NCBI GenBank assembly: GCA_937891195.1
Contig: CALAFJ010000017.1
Span: 6,770-70,769 of the forward strand
Direction: 5' to 3'
Length of the DNA stretch: 64,000 nucleotides
Source of the DNA: an uncultured Clostridia bacterium
Lineage (GTDB): Bacteria; Bacillota; Clostridia; Oscillospirales; Acutalibacteraceae
Of this stretch, positions 27,043-36,486 are shown one piece after another. The notes beneath the pieces are model-generated. The model had not been told where the DNA came from. It saw only the letters and a list, made by a program, of their open reading frames with translations, and did no database searches. Position 1 is the first letter of the stretch, and every line of letters starts with the position of its first letter. The position numbers and the translations under genes were made by a program.

Positions 27043-28812
27043 ATGAAAAAGGTAATCAGTTTACTCTTCTGCGTCTGCTTTATGCTTATCCTCTGCGTTC
27101 CTGCTTATGCTGCTGGAACGGCGACACTTAACGAAAACGCATCGACAACGGACGGTTCAACCGTAGAATTTATCCTGAATGTCAGCGGTTGCGGCGACGC
27201 AACGTCTGTTGCCGTTGCGGTGAACTTTGACGATGCTTTTGAACTTGTTTCGGCGACGTGGCTGAAAAACGGTTCGCTGAACAGGTTTGACACCGCAACG
27301 AACAAGGGCGTTCTGGGAGGATTGAATTCTCCCAATATCAACGGGGATGTTTTCAAGCTGGTTCTGAAAGCCAAGACCGCTTCTGCCAATGCGCATACGG
27401 TCAGCGTGAATTTTATTGCCAGAAACGGTTCCAATGATATTATGAATGTCACCCCCACAAAGACGGTGAAAATTGCCTGCAGCTCACATAATTACTCGGC
27501 TTACACCAAACTGAACGACAGCCAGCACCAGCGCACCTGCTCCGCCTGCGGCTATGTGGAAACCTCCGGACATACCTGGAACGGCGGTACGGTCGTCAAG
27601 GCGGCCACCTGCAAGGAGACCGGCACAAAGGAGTATGCCTGCACTGCGTGCGGGGCGAAAAAGACGGAAACGGTCGCCAAAACCAACGCTCACACCTGGG
27701 GGGATTGGCACGTCACCAAGCAGCCCTCCTGCACGGCCCCCGGCACCACCGCCAAGACCTGCTCCGTCTGCGGGAAAACCGAAAATCAGACCGTGAACGC
27801 CACCGGACATTCCATGGGTGGCTGGAGCCAGACCAAGGCGCCCACCTGCACCGAAAAGGGCGAGGAGCAGCGCAGCTGCGGCAAGTGCGGCTACAAAGAG
27901 ACAAAAGCGGTGGATGCGCTGGGACACAGCTTTTCCAACCCGACGGTGACGAAAGAGCCTACCTGCACGGAAACGGGCGTGGAGACCGGTAAGTGCAGCC
28001 GCTGCGGACAGACGACCACCAACACGCTGAAAGCGAAGGGGCACAAATTCGGCGCCTGGGCGGATACCAAGGCGGCTACCTGCACCGAGGGCGGCACCCA
28101 GGAGCGGAAGTGCTCTGCCTGCGGCGCGGCGGAAAGCCGCACCACCAAGGCGCTGGGACACGATTTCGAGAATCCCACCATTGTGAAAGAGGCCACCATC
28201 AGCAGCACCGGTCTGAAAGAGGGCAAGTGCAAGCGCTGTGGTGAGACCACCAGCGAGGTGATTCCCTGCACGGCGAAGGACGACGCCACGGGCGCAATCT
28301 TTGAGGCGGATGCGGGGGTGTTCACGGAAGGCACGACCCTGTCCGTGGAGGAGCTGGGGCAGGATAACCCCTCCTATGCGTCGGCGGAGAATGTGCTGAA
28401 GGACACCTGCAAGGACTTTAAGCTGTACGATGTGTCTGCCTCCCGGAACGGTGCGGATGTACAGCCGAATGGCGAGTTGACCGTGACCTTGCCGATTCCG
28501 GATGGATTCGGGACGGATGTGGCGCTGTATCTGCTGTCCAGCGACGGCACCGCCGAGCCGATCGAGGTCACCGTGAGCGCGGACGGGAAAACCCTGACCG
28601 CCAAGCTGACCAAGCTGGGCGAGCTGGCTATCGGTAAGCTGGGCAACGGCGTGTCGGATGACGTGCCCGGAGATGTTTCGACGGATGCGCCGACTGCCGA
28701 GGAACCGGCCGGGGGGAAAACGTCGGTGGTATTATACATTGTGCTGGCGGCGATCGTGCTGGCCGCCGGCGGGGCGGTCCTCGTGGTGGTGATCCGCAAA
28801 AAAGCCAAATAA
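27043..28812 (+). CDS. Membrane-anchored surface protein: cohesin-like N-terminal module, Cys-rich ~39-aa repeats and a C-terminal TM anchor
   Basis: A signal peptide (CVPAYA) is followed by a ~120-aa beta-rich module (GSTVEFILNVSG...VAVAVNFDDAFELVS...GDVFKLVLKAK). Then come 6-7 repeats of the form GH.[WF]...T..P[TS]CTE.G....C..CG. The C-terminus is VVLYIVLAAIVLAAGGAVLVVVIRKKAK. Confidence 0.75.
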   Translation: MKKVISLLFCVCFMLILCVPAYAAGTATLNENASTTDGSTVEFILNVSGCGDATSVAVAVNFDDAFELVSATWLKNGSLNRFDTATNKGVLGGLNSPNINGDVFKLVLKAKTASANAHTVSVNFIARNGSNDIMNVTPTKTVKIACSSHNYSAYTKLNDSQHQRTCSACGYVETSGHTWNGGTVVKAATCKETGTKEYACTACGAKKTETVAKTNAHTWGDWHVTKQPSCTAPGTTAKTCSVCGKTENQTVNATGHSMGGWSQTKAPTCTEKGEEQRSCGKCGYKETKAVDALGHSFSNPTVTKEPTCTETGVETGKCSRCGQTTTNTLKAKGHKFGAWADTKAATCTEGGTQERKCSACGAAESRTTKALGHDFENPTIVKEATISSTGLKEGKCKRCGETTSEVIPCTAKDDATGAIFEADAGVFTEGTTLSVEELGQDNPSYASAENVLKDTCKDFKLYDVSASRNGADVQPNGELTVTLPIPDGFGTDVALYLLSSDGTAEPIEVTVSADGKTLTAKLTKLGELAIGKLGNGVSDDVPGDVSTDAPTAEEPAGGKTSVVLYIVLAAIVLAAGGAVLVVVIRKKAK

Positions 28813-28826
28813 CGAACGTTCCTGAC

Positions 28827-28868
28827 AGCAGTCGGTGTGCTGATTTGCAGCGCACCGGCTGCTTTTTA
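28827..28868 (+). terminator. Rho-independent terminator after the surface-protein operon
   Basis: An AGCAGTCGGTGTGC / GCGCACCGGCTGCT stem with two wobble or mismatch positions is followed by TTTTTAT. Confidence 0.55.
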
Positions 28869-28982
28869 TGTGGGGGTGTTTCCGCTTTTGCCGTGCGCCC
28901 AATGGGTGAGCGTTATACGCGGTGACGTTACGGCGGGCGCACCGGGCTTTCAAACAAATTCGGCGGAATTGCGGGAGAGGAC

Positions 28983-29011
28983 TTGCAGGCGTCGACAACC
29001 TATGGTATACT
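28983..29011 (+). promoter_or_regulatory. Candidate sigma-A promoter (TTGCAG-17-TATACT)
   Basis: The hexamers and the 17-nt spacer were read directly. The site is upstream of the lipoprotein and two-component operon. Confidence 0.45.
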
Positions 29012-29089
29012 TACCCTTGTATATAGATGTGACACCGGGTGGGATTCCGCCCGGCGCCGCCGGAAAAATACGGGCGAGGGAGGGACTCC

Positions 29090-30400
29090 ATGAAACGGCT
29101 ACGGTGGACGGCGCTGCTGCTGGCGATTGCGCTGTGTCTCGGCGGGTGCAGTCTGGATGTGGAGTCCTTTTTGCAGCCGCCCAAGGCGCAGGGGGAGCAG
29201 CAGGCCATCCAGCAGGCGCTGGAGACCTATATCCGAGACAGCGGCAAGACCGGGGTGCGCTACACCCTCCAGTATCCGACGGAGGGGAACTATACCTCCG
29301 CTTTCATCCTCTGCGACGAGACCGGCACTCCGCTGGCGGACGGTGTGGGTTCTCCCGCTATGGCGGTGGCCTTTTACAGTCTCCCCGATGCGGATGAGAC
29401 CCATGTGAACCTGCTGCGGCGCACCGCCGGAGAATGGGTGTCGGTGGGGGACCGCACGGGCTTCGGCAGCCGGGTGCTGCAGGTGCAGTTTTCCGATCTG
29501 GACGGGGATAACCAGCTGGAGCTGATCACCGGCTGGGACACCTACAACAGCCGGGAGCACCGGCTGGCGCTGTTCTCCATCGGCGGCGGCCTGACCGTCG
29601 TGTCCAAGGAGCGGCTGTATGCCAGCCTGTTTGTCGGGGATGTGACCGGCACCGGGCAGGAGGATCTGCTGCTGCTGCGCACTGCCGCCGATAACCGGGT
29701 GACGGCGACCCTGACCCGGTTGGAGAGCGGCGTGTTGCTGGATGTGGACACCGCCCCCATGGACGGGTATATCCAGCAGTTCGGCGCCATGGCGCTGTGT
29801 CGGTTGGGGCGGGGGGTGTCCGGCGTGTTTGTGGACGGACAGAAAAGCGGCGGCATCACCGTCACCGAGCTGGTGCTGTATGAGTACGGGAAGCTGCGCA
29901 CCCCTTTTTATAACGCCACCACCAACACCACCGAGGGCACCGCCCGTCAGTCGGGGCTGTCCTCCCGGGATGTGAACGGGGACGGGCTGACGGAGATCCC
30001 CCGCAGCCAACCCCTGCCCGGCTATACGCCGGGAAAGGATCTGCCGGATTATGCCTATCTCACCACGTGGCGTTCCTGGGATTACGGCACCGGCACCTGG
30101 AGCGACCAGCTGTACACGGTGGTGAATCGGCAGGACGGCTATCAGGTGACGCTGGACGAGACCCGGCGGCAGGGGCTGACCACGGCCTATAATGCGGATG
30201 TGCGTGTCCTCTCCTTTTGCCGGGAGGACACCAATGAGGTGTGGCTGCAGCTGCGGATCGGCAGCTCTCTGCCGGCGGAGAGCGGATATGTCTGGCTGTA
30301 TATGCCGACGGAGGAGCGCGCCGGGTGTATGGCGCGGTTCGACGAGACGCAGCTGACCTCCGACGCCGTACAGTATATGGTCACAAGACTGGACAGTTGA
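29090..30400 (+). CDS. Lipoprotein with FG-GAP/VCBS-like Asp-Gly repeats
   Basis: The translation MKRLRWTALLLAIALCLGGCS has a lipobox. Calcium-loop-like motifs are present: DLDGDNQLELITGW, GDVTGTGQEDLLLL and RDVNGDGLTEIP. The gene lies directly upstream of the RR/HK pair. Confidence 0.65.
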   Translation: MKRLRWTALLLAIALCLGGCSLDVESFLQPPKAQGEQQAIQQALETYIRDSGKTGVRYTLQYPTEGNYTSAFILCDETGTPLADGVGSPAMAVAFYSLPDADETHVNLLRRTAGEWVSVGDRTGFGSRVLQVQFSDLDGDNQLELITGWDTYNSREHRLALFSIGGGLTVVSKERLYASLFVGDVTGTGQEDLLLLRTAADNRVTATLTRLESGVLLDVDTAPMDGYIQQFGAMALCRLGRGVSGVFVDGQKSGGITVTELVLYEYGKLRTPFYNATTNTTEGTARQSGLSSRDVNGDGLTEIPRSQPLPGYTPGKDLPDYAYLTTWRSWDYGTGTWSDQLYTVVNRQDGYQVTLDETRRQGLTTAYNADVRVLSFCREDTNEVWLQLRIGSSLPAESGYVWLYMPTEERAGCMARFDETQLTSDAVQYMVTRLDS

Positions 30401-30416
30401 AAGGAGCGGGTTCCCG

Positions 30417-31102
<686 letters not shown>

Positions 31103-31115
<13 letters not shown>

Positions 31116-32530
31116 GGGAGCGGTCCCGCAGCCAGCGCAATAGCCTGACCCGCCGGTGGATACGCAACGCTTTCGGCATCATCGTCCTGTTCCTGCTGCT
31201 GCTGGAGGGGGCGTTTGCCTTCATGCTGCGGTATTACTATTATCAGAGCGTGCAGAGCGCGCTGGAAAGCCGGGCGGAGCTGTATCAGCGCACGCTGGAG
31301 CTGTCCGAGACCGCCGAATCCCAGACCTGGCAGGCGCGCAGCCGGGAGCTGATCGCCTATTTCACCGATAAGGACAAGATGGAGCTGCAGGTGCTGGACG
31401 CCAACGGCTCGGTGCTGCTGTCCTCCACAGGGTTTGCGCCCATGACGGCGCCCCGCAACGGCCGGGAGGAAACGCTGCCCTCCGGCAGCCGCCTGTGGCG
31501 GGGGCGCAACGACGCCGGGGAGCCGATCATGGCGCTGACGGTGGACGAGACCGACAAAAACAACTCCCGGGTGGGGGGACTGCGGTATGTGGTGTCCCTG
31601 CGGATGGTGAATCGGCAGATATGGCTGCTGGCGCTGGTGATCTTTGGGTTTATTATGCTGGTGGTGTTTTTTGTCTCTCTGTCCGGCTCCTATTTCATCC
31701 GCTCCATTGTCAATCCCGTCACCGCCATCGGCCGCACCGCTCAGCGCATCGCTATGGGTGAATACGACGCCCGGCTGCAAAAACGCTATAACGACGAGAT
31801 CGGCGACCTGTGCGATACCATCAATTTCATGGCGGAGGAGATCGGCGCCACCGAAAAGATGAAGAACGAGTTTCTGTCCTCCGTTTCCCACGAGCTGCGC
31901 ACCCCGCTCACCGCCATCAAGGGCTGGAGCGAAACGCTCCAGTCCTATCCGGAGGACCGGGAGCTGGTCAGCCGGGGGCTGGCGGTCATCGGCAAGGAGG
32001 CGGAGCGCCTCAGCGGACTGGTGGAGGAGCTGCTGGACTTTTCCCGCATGGAGAGCGGCCATATCGTGCTCAAGCGCCAGCGGCTGGATGTGCTGGCGGA
32101 GCTGGAGGAGGCGGTGTTCCTGTTCCGGGATCGGACGACCCGTGCGGGGCTGAGTCTGGAATACGCCGGCGGCGAAACGCTGCAGCCGGTGTGGGGGGAT
32201 CCCGCCCGTCTGCGGCAGGTGTTTGTGAATCTGCTGGATAACGCCGTGAAATACACCCCTCAGGGCGGGCGTATTCGGGTAGAGGCCGCCCAGCTGCCCG
32301 GTCGGGTGCAGGTGGTCATCAGCGATACCGGAGTGGGCATTGCGCCGGAGGAGCTGCCCCGGGTGCGGCAAAAATTTTATCAGACCGACCCTTCCAACCC
32401 CGGCTCCGGCATCGGGCTGGCGCTGGTGGAGGAGATCGTCCGGCTCCACGGCGGCCGGATGGAGCTGGACAGCGAGCCGGGGGTAGGCACCGCCGTGACG
32501 GTGCTGCTGCCGGTTGCCGAATCGGAATGA
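31103..32530 (+). CDS. Sensor histidine kinase (2 TM, HAMP, HisKA, HATPase_c)
   Basis: The H-box FLSSVSHELRTPLTAIKGW is present, along with the N box (LLDNAVKYTP), G boxes (DTGVGI, GSGIGLALV) and a HAMP-like linker. The gene overlaps the RR gene by 13 nt. Confidence 0.9.
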
Positions 32531-32666
32531 GCCGGTCGTTGTGACAGCCTCCCTTCCTGCCGGGCGCGCCCGGCAGGGGCAGACAGGGTGTTTCCGTCCC
32601 GCAAAGCCTGTGCCCGCGTCGGGCGGTCTTTGCAGGATGATTTGAGAAAGAAAGGAACGGACATTG

Positions 32667-33617
32667 ATGGCAGACAAACAGGAAATTCTGAAGAAAACCT
32701 CCATCGGCGGACAGGCGCTGATCGAGGGCGTGATGATGCGGGGGCCGGAAAAGACCGCCATGGCGGTGCGCACCCCCACCGGCGAGATCGCCATGGAGGA
32801 ATGGGAGAACCCGACCAATCACCGCCCGGCGTTCACCCGCTGGCCTTTTGTGCGGGGGCTGTTCAATTTCATCGACTCCATGAAGATCGGCTACAAATGC
32901 CTGATGCGCTCGGCGGAGCTGAGCGGCATGGAGGAGGAGCTGAAGGAGGGGGAGAAGCCCGACCCGAAGCAGCAGAAAAAGGATTCTGCGCTGATGAGCG
33001 GTATGATGATCGTTGCCACCGTTTTGGGGGTGGCGCTGGCGCTGGTGCTGTTCATGTGGCTGCCCATCCAGCTGTTCAGCTGGCTGTGCCGGGCGGTCCC
33101 CGCCCTCAACCATACCTATATCCGGGGCATCTTTGAGGGGCTGCTGCGGATCGTGATTTTCCTTATATACCTGCTGGCGGTCAGCCGGATGAAGGATATC
33201 CGCCGCACCTTCGAGTATCACGGCGCGGAGCATAAGAGCATCTTCTGCTACGAAAAGGGGCTGGAGCTGACAGTGGAGAATGTGCGGATGCAGCGGCGGT
33301 TCCATCCCCGCTGCGGCACCTCGTTCCTCATCCTCATGCTGTTGGTGGGGATCGTCATTTCCATCCTCATTCCCATCTCCACCCCCTGGCTGCGCACGGT
33401 GGTGAAGCTGCTGCTGATCCCGCTGACGGTGGGCGTGGGCTATGAGCTGATCAAGCTGGCCGGACGCAAGGATAACGGGTTCACCCGGGTCATCTCCGCC
33501 CCCGGTATATGGCTCCAGCATCTGACCACCCGGGAGCCGGACGACAGCATGATCGAATGCGCCATCGCCTCCCTCAAGGCGGTGATCCCGGAGGATCCGG
33601 AGGCGGACAACTGGTGA
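32667..33617 (+). CDS. DUF1385 family membrane protein (prmC-associated)
   Basis: The translation GGQALIEGVMMRGP...YHGAEHKSIFCYE...RFHPRCGTSF is the DUF1385 pattern. Its position upstream of prmC is conserved in Firmicutes. Confidence 0.8.
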   Translation: MADKQEILKKTSIGGQALIEGVMMRGPEKTAMAVRTPTGEIAMEEWENPTNHRPAFTRWPFVRGLFNFIDSMKIGYKCLMRSAELSGMEEELKEGEKPDPKQQKKDSALMSGMMIVATVLGVALALVLFMWLPIQLFSWLCRAVPALNHTYIRGIFEGLLRIVIFLIYLLAVSRMKDIRRTFEYHGAEHKSIFCYEKGLELTVENVRMQRRFHPRCGTSFLILMLLVGIVISILIPISTPWLRTVVKLLLIPLTVGVGYELIKLAGRKDNGFTRVISAPGIWLQHLTTREPDDSMIECAIASLKAVIPEDPEADNW

Positions 33618-34483
33618 CCCGCCGGGAATGGCTGACCCGCGCCGCCGCCCGATTGGCGGCGGCCGACTGTGAGGATGCCGCCTTTGACGCCCGGTGTCTG
33701 CTGGAGGATTGCGGCGGCGTGGGACGGGGCGGCGCGATCGACGATACCCCCCTGCCGGAGACGGCGGTCGCCCGGCTGGAGCAGGCGGTGACGGAGCGGG
33801 CGGCGGGACGGCCGCTCCAGTACATTCTGGGCGAATGGGATTTCCTGACCCTCACCCTGTCGGTGGGGGAGGGGGTGCTGATCCCCCGGCCGGACACCGA
33901 GGTGCTGTGCGAGACGGCCGCCGCGGAGCTGCGGGGACGGCAGTGTCCCCGGGTGCTGGATCTGTGCGCCGGCAGCGGCTGCGTGGGGCTGGGGATCGCC
34001 AGCCTGTGCCCCGGTGCGGCGGTGACGGCGGTGGAGCTGTCGGAGGCGGCGCTTGTCTATCTGCGGCAGAATATCGCCCGCTATCCCCAGTGGGATGTGC
34101 AGGCGGTGCAGGCGGATGTGCTGACGGCTGCGGGCGAATTCCCCGGCGGCTACGATGCCATTCTGTCCAACCCGCCCTATATCCCCACCGCCGATCTGCC
34201 CGGATTGCAGCGAGAGGTGCAGCGGGAGCCGCGGATGGCGCTGGACGGCGCGGCGGACGGGCTCCGGTTCTATCGGGCGATTGCGGAGCAGTGGATACCG
34301 AAACTGAACCCCGGCGGCCTGTGCGCCGTGGAGGTGGGCTACGAGCAGGCGGCGGCGGTGACGGCGCTGTTTTCCGCCGCCGGGTTAGCACGGGTCACGG
34401 CTGTGCCCGATGCTGCCGGGATCCTGCGGGTCGTGTACGGAATCGCGGCAAAAAGCGAAAACAAATGTTCGATTTCCTCTTGA
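33614..34483 (+). CDS. prmC: Release factor glutamine N5-methyltransferase
   Basis: The GTG overlaps the upstream stop. The translation PLQYILGEWDFL...VLIPRPDTE...VLDLCAGSGC.GL...ILSNPPYIP carries the NPPY motif. Confidence 0.87.
   Translation: MTRREWLTRAAARLAAADCEDAAFDARCLLEDCGGVGRGGAIDDTPLPETAVARLEQAVTERAAGRPLQYILGEWDFLTLTLSVGEGVLIPRPDTEVLCETAAAELRGRQCPRVLDLCAGSGCVGLGIASLCPGAAVTAVELSEAALVYLRQNIARYPQWDVQAVQADVLTAAGEFPGGYDAILSNPPYIPTADLPGLQREVQREPRMALDGAADGLRFYRAIAEQWIPKLNPGGLCAVEVGYEQAAAVTALFSAAGLARVTAVPDAAGILRVVYGIAAKSENKCSISS
34458..34471. promoter_or_regulatory. Possible LexA (Cheo-type) box upstream of recA
   Basis: AAAACAAATGTTCG matches the Firmicutes consensus CGAACATATGTTCG at 11 of 14 positions. 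It lies 9 nt upstream of the candidate recA -35 element. Confidence 0.35.
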
Positions 34484-34508
34484 TTTTTGGATTTTCATAG
34501 TGTATAAT
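34480..34508 (+). promoter_or_regulatory. Candidate recA promoter (TTGATT-17-TATAAT)
   Basis: The hexamers and the 17-nt spacer were read directly. The site overlaps the last codons of prmC. Confidence 0.5.
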
Positions 34509-34548
34509 AGGGGCAATGCAGACAAAACCCGACAGGAGGTACAGATCA

Positions 34549-35712
34549 ATGGCAGCAAAAGCGGATAAGAGCAAAAAGCCGGCCGAAAAAGCGGAGATGG
34601 ATCAGTCGGAGCGCAAGAAAGCGCTGGATGCGGCGCTGGCGCAGATCGAAAAGCAATACGGCAAGGGCGCGATCATGCGGCTGGGCGAGAACCGGAAGAT
34701 GAATGTGGACGCCATTCCCACCGGCTCCATTTCGCTGGACGCGGCGCTGGGCATCGGCGGTCTGCCCCGGGGGCGGATCGTGGAGATCTATGGGCCGGAG
34801 GCCTCCGGTAAGACCACCCTGGCGCTCCATGTGGTGGCGGAGACCCAGAAAAAGGGCGGCGAGGCGGCCTATATCGACGTGGAACACGCGCTGGATCCGG
34901 TATATGCCCGGGCGCTGGGGGTGGATGTGGATTCCCTGCTGGTGTCCCAGCCGGACACCGGCGAGCAGGCGCTGGAGATCATGGAGGCGCTGATCCGTTC
35001 CGGCGCGGTGGATATCGTGGTGCTGGATTCGGTGGCGGCGCTGGTGCCCCGCGCCGAGATCGAGGGCGAGATGGGCGAGGCCCATGTGGGCGTGCAGGCG
35101 CGGCTCATGAGCCAGGCCATGCGGAAGCTGGCGCCGGTGGTGTCCAAGTCCAGATGTCTGGCGCTGTTCATCAACCAATTGCGCATGAAGGTGGGGGTGA
35201 TCTACGGCAGCCCGGAGGTCACCAGCGGCGGCAATGCGCTGAAATACTACGCCTCGGTGCGGCTGGACGTGCGCCGGATGGAGACCCTCAAGAACGGGTC
35301 TGAGGCCTACGGCTCCCACACCAAGGTCAAGGTGGTCAAAAACAAGCTGGCGCCCCCCTTCAAGCAGGCGGAGTTTGACGTGCTGTACGGCATCGGCATT
35401 TCCCGGGACAGCGAGCTGGTGGATCTGGCGGTGAAGCTGGATATCATTGAAAAATCCGGCTCCTGGTTCTCCTACAACGGCGAGCGGCTGGCGCAGGGAC
35501 GGGATAATGTGCGGGAGCAGCTGCGCAGCCGTCCCGAGCTGGCGGCGGAGATCGAAAAGCTGGTGCGGGAGAATATCGGCCAGCTGAATCCCGCCCCCAG
35601 GGCGGCGGTGGCAGCCGCTCCGGCGCCGATGGAGATTCCGCTGGCGGCCGCTCCGCAGATGACCGGCGAGGCCGCCAAGGCCCAGATCGACATTGTGGTG
35701 GACGACGAATAA
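34549..35712 (+). CDS. recA: Recombinase A
   Basis: The translation [22 protein letters not shown]...[24 protein letters not shown]...[29 protein letters not shown] is typical RecA. An AGGAGG RBS precedes the ATG at 34549. Confidence 0.98.
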   Translation: MAAKADKSKKPAEKAEMDQSERKKALDAALAQIEKQYGKGAIMRLGENRKMNVDAIPTGSISLDAALGIGGLPRGRIVEIYGPEASGKTTLALHVVAETQKKGGEAAYIDVEHALDPVYARALGVDVDSLLVSQPDTGEQALEIMEALIRSGAVDIVVLDSVAALVPRAEIEGEMGEAHVGVQARLMSQAMRKLAPVVSKSRCLALFINQLRMKVGVIYGSPEVTSGGNALKYYASVRLDVRRMETLKNGSEAYGSHTKVKVVKNKLAPPFKQAEFDVLYGIGISRDSELVDLAVKLDIIEKSGSWFSYNGERLAQGRDNVREQLRSRPELAAEIEKLVRENIGQLNPAPRAAVAAAPAPMEIPLAAAPQMTGEAAKAQIDIVVDDE

Positions 35713-35841
35713 GCGCCGCACCGATTCCCGATTCCGGACGATACGGAACGGCGCGTTGCGAGGGGCGGAAATATCGGACAGAACCGTGCGCAGGGCAGGG
35801 GGGCAGCACTCCTTGCCCTGCCTTGCTATGGGGGGACGGAC

Positions 35842-36486
35842 ATGAAGATCACGGAAGCGCAGCGGCTGCGGCGGAGCCTGTACCGGCTGACGTTGGATAC
35901 CGGCGAGGAGCTGGCGGTGGATAAGCGCACCTTTGACGAATCCCCTTACCGGGTGGGCGGGAGCATCGACGGGGAGCAGCTGGCGGCGCTGATGGCGCAG
36001 TCGACCTATAACCGCGCCCATGACACGGCGCTCTACTGGCTGGGGCAGCGGGATTTTTCCGGACGGGAGCTGGAGAAAAAGCTGACCGCCGGAGAAACGC
36101 CCCCGGAGGTGGCTGCCGCCGTGGTGGAGCGGCTGCGGCAGGTGGGGCTGTTGGACGATGCCGCCTATGCCCGCCGTGCTGCCCGCAGTCTGGCTCAGTA
36201 TAAGCAGTATCCCCGCCGCCGGGTGGAGCAGGAGCTGCTGCGCCGGGGCATCGACCGCCAGACCGCCCGGGAGGCGGTGGAGGAGACCGATTCCGACGAT
36301 TTTCAACAAGCACTTGCACTTGTGCGAAAAAAATATTATAATAAGCTGACTGACCGCGATTTGCGGCAGAAGACCGTGGCGGCGCTGGCGCGGCGGGGCT
36401 ATTCCTTTGAGGTGGCTCGCCGGGCGGTGGAAACGGCGGCGCAGACGACGGACGATGCAGAGGAGACGGACGAAGAATGGCTATAA
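35842..36486 (+). CDS. recX: RecA regulator RecX
   Basis: It lies downstream of recA. The three-helix repeat pattern reads AL..L..RD.S..EL..KL...G....V...V.RL...GLLDD..YA. Confidence 0.85.
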   Translation: MKITEAQRLRRSLYRLTLDTGEELAVDKRTFDESPYRVGGSIDGEQLAALMAQSTYNRAHDTALYWLGQRDFSGRELEKKLTAGETPPEVAAAVVERLRQVGLLDDAAYARRAARSLAQYKQYPRRRVEQELLRRGIDRQTAREAVEETDSDDFQQALALVRKKYYNKLTDRDLRQKTVAALARRGYSFEVARRAVETAAQTTDDAEETDEEWL

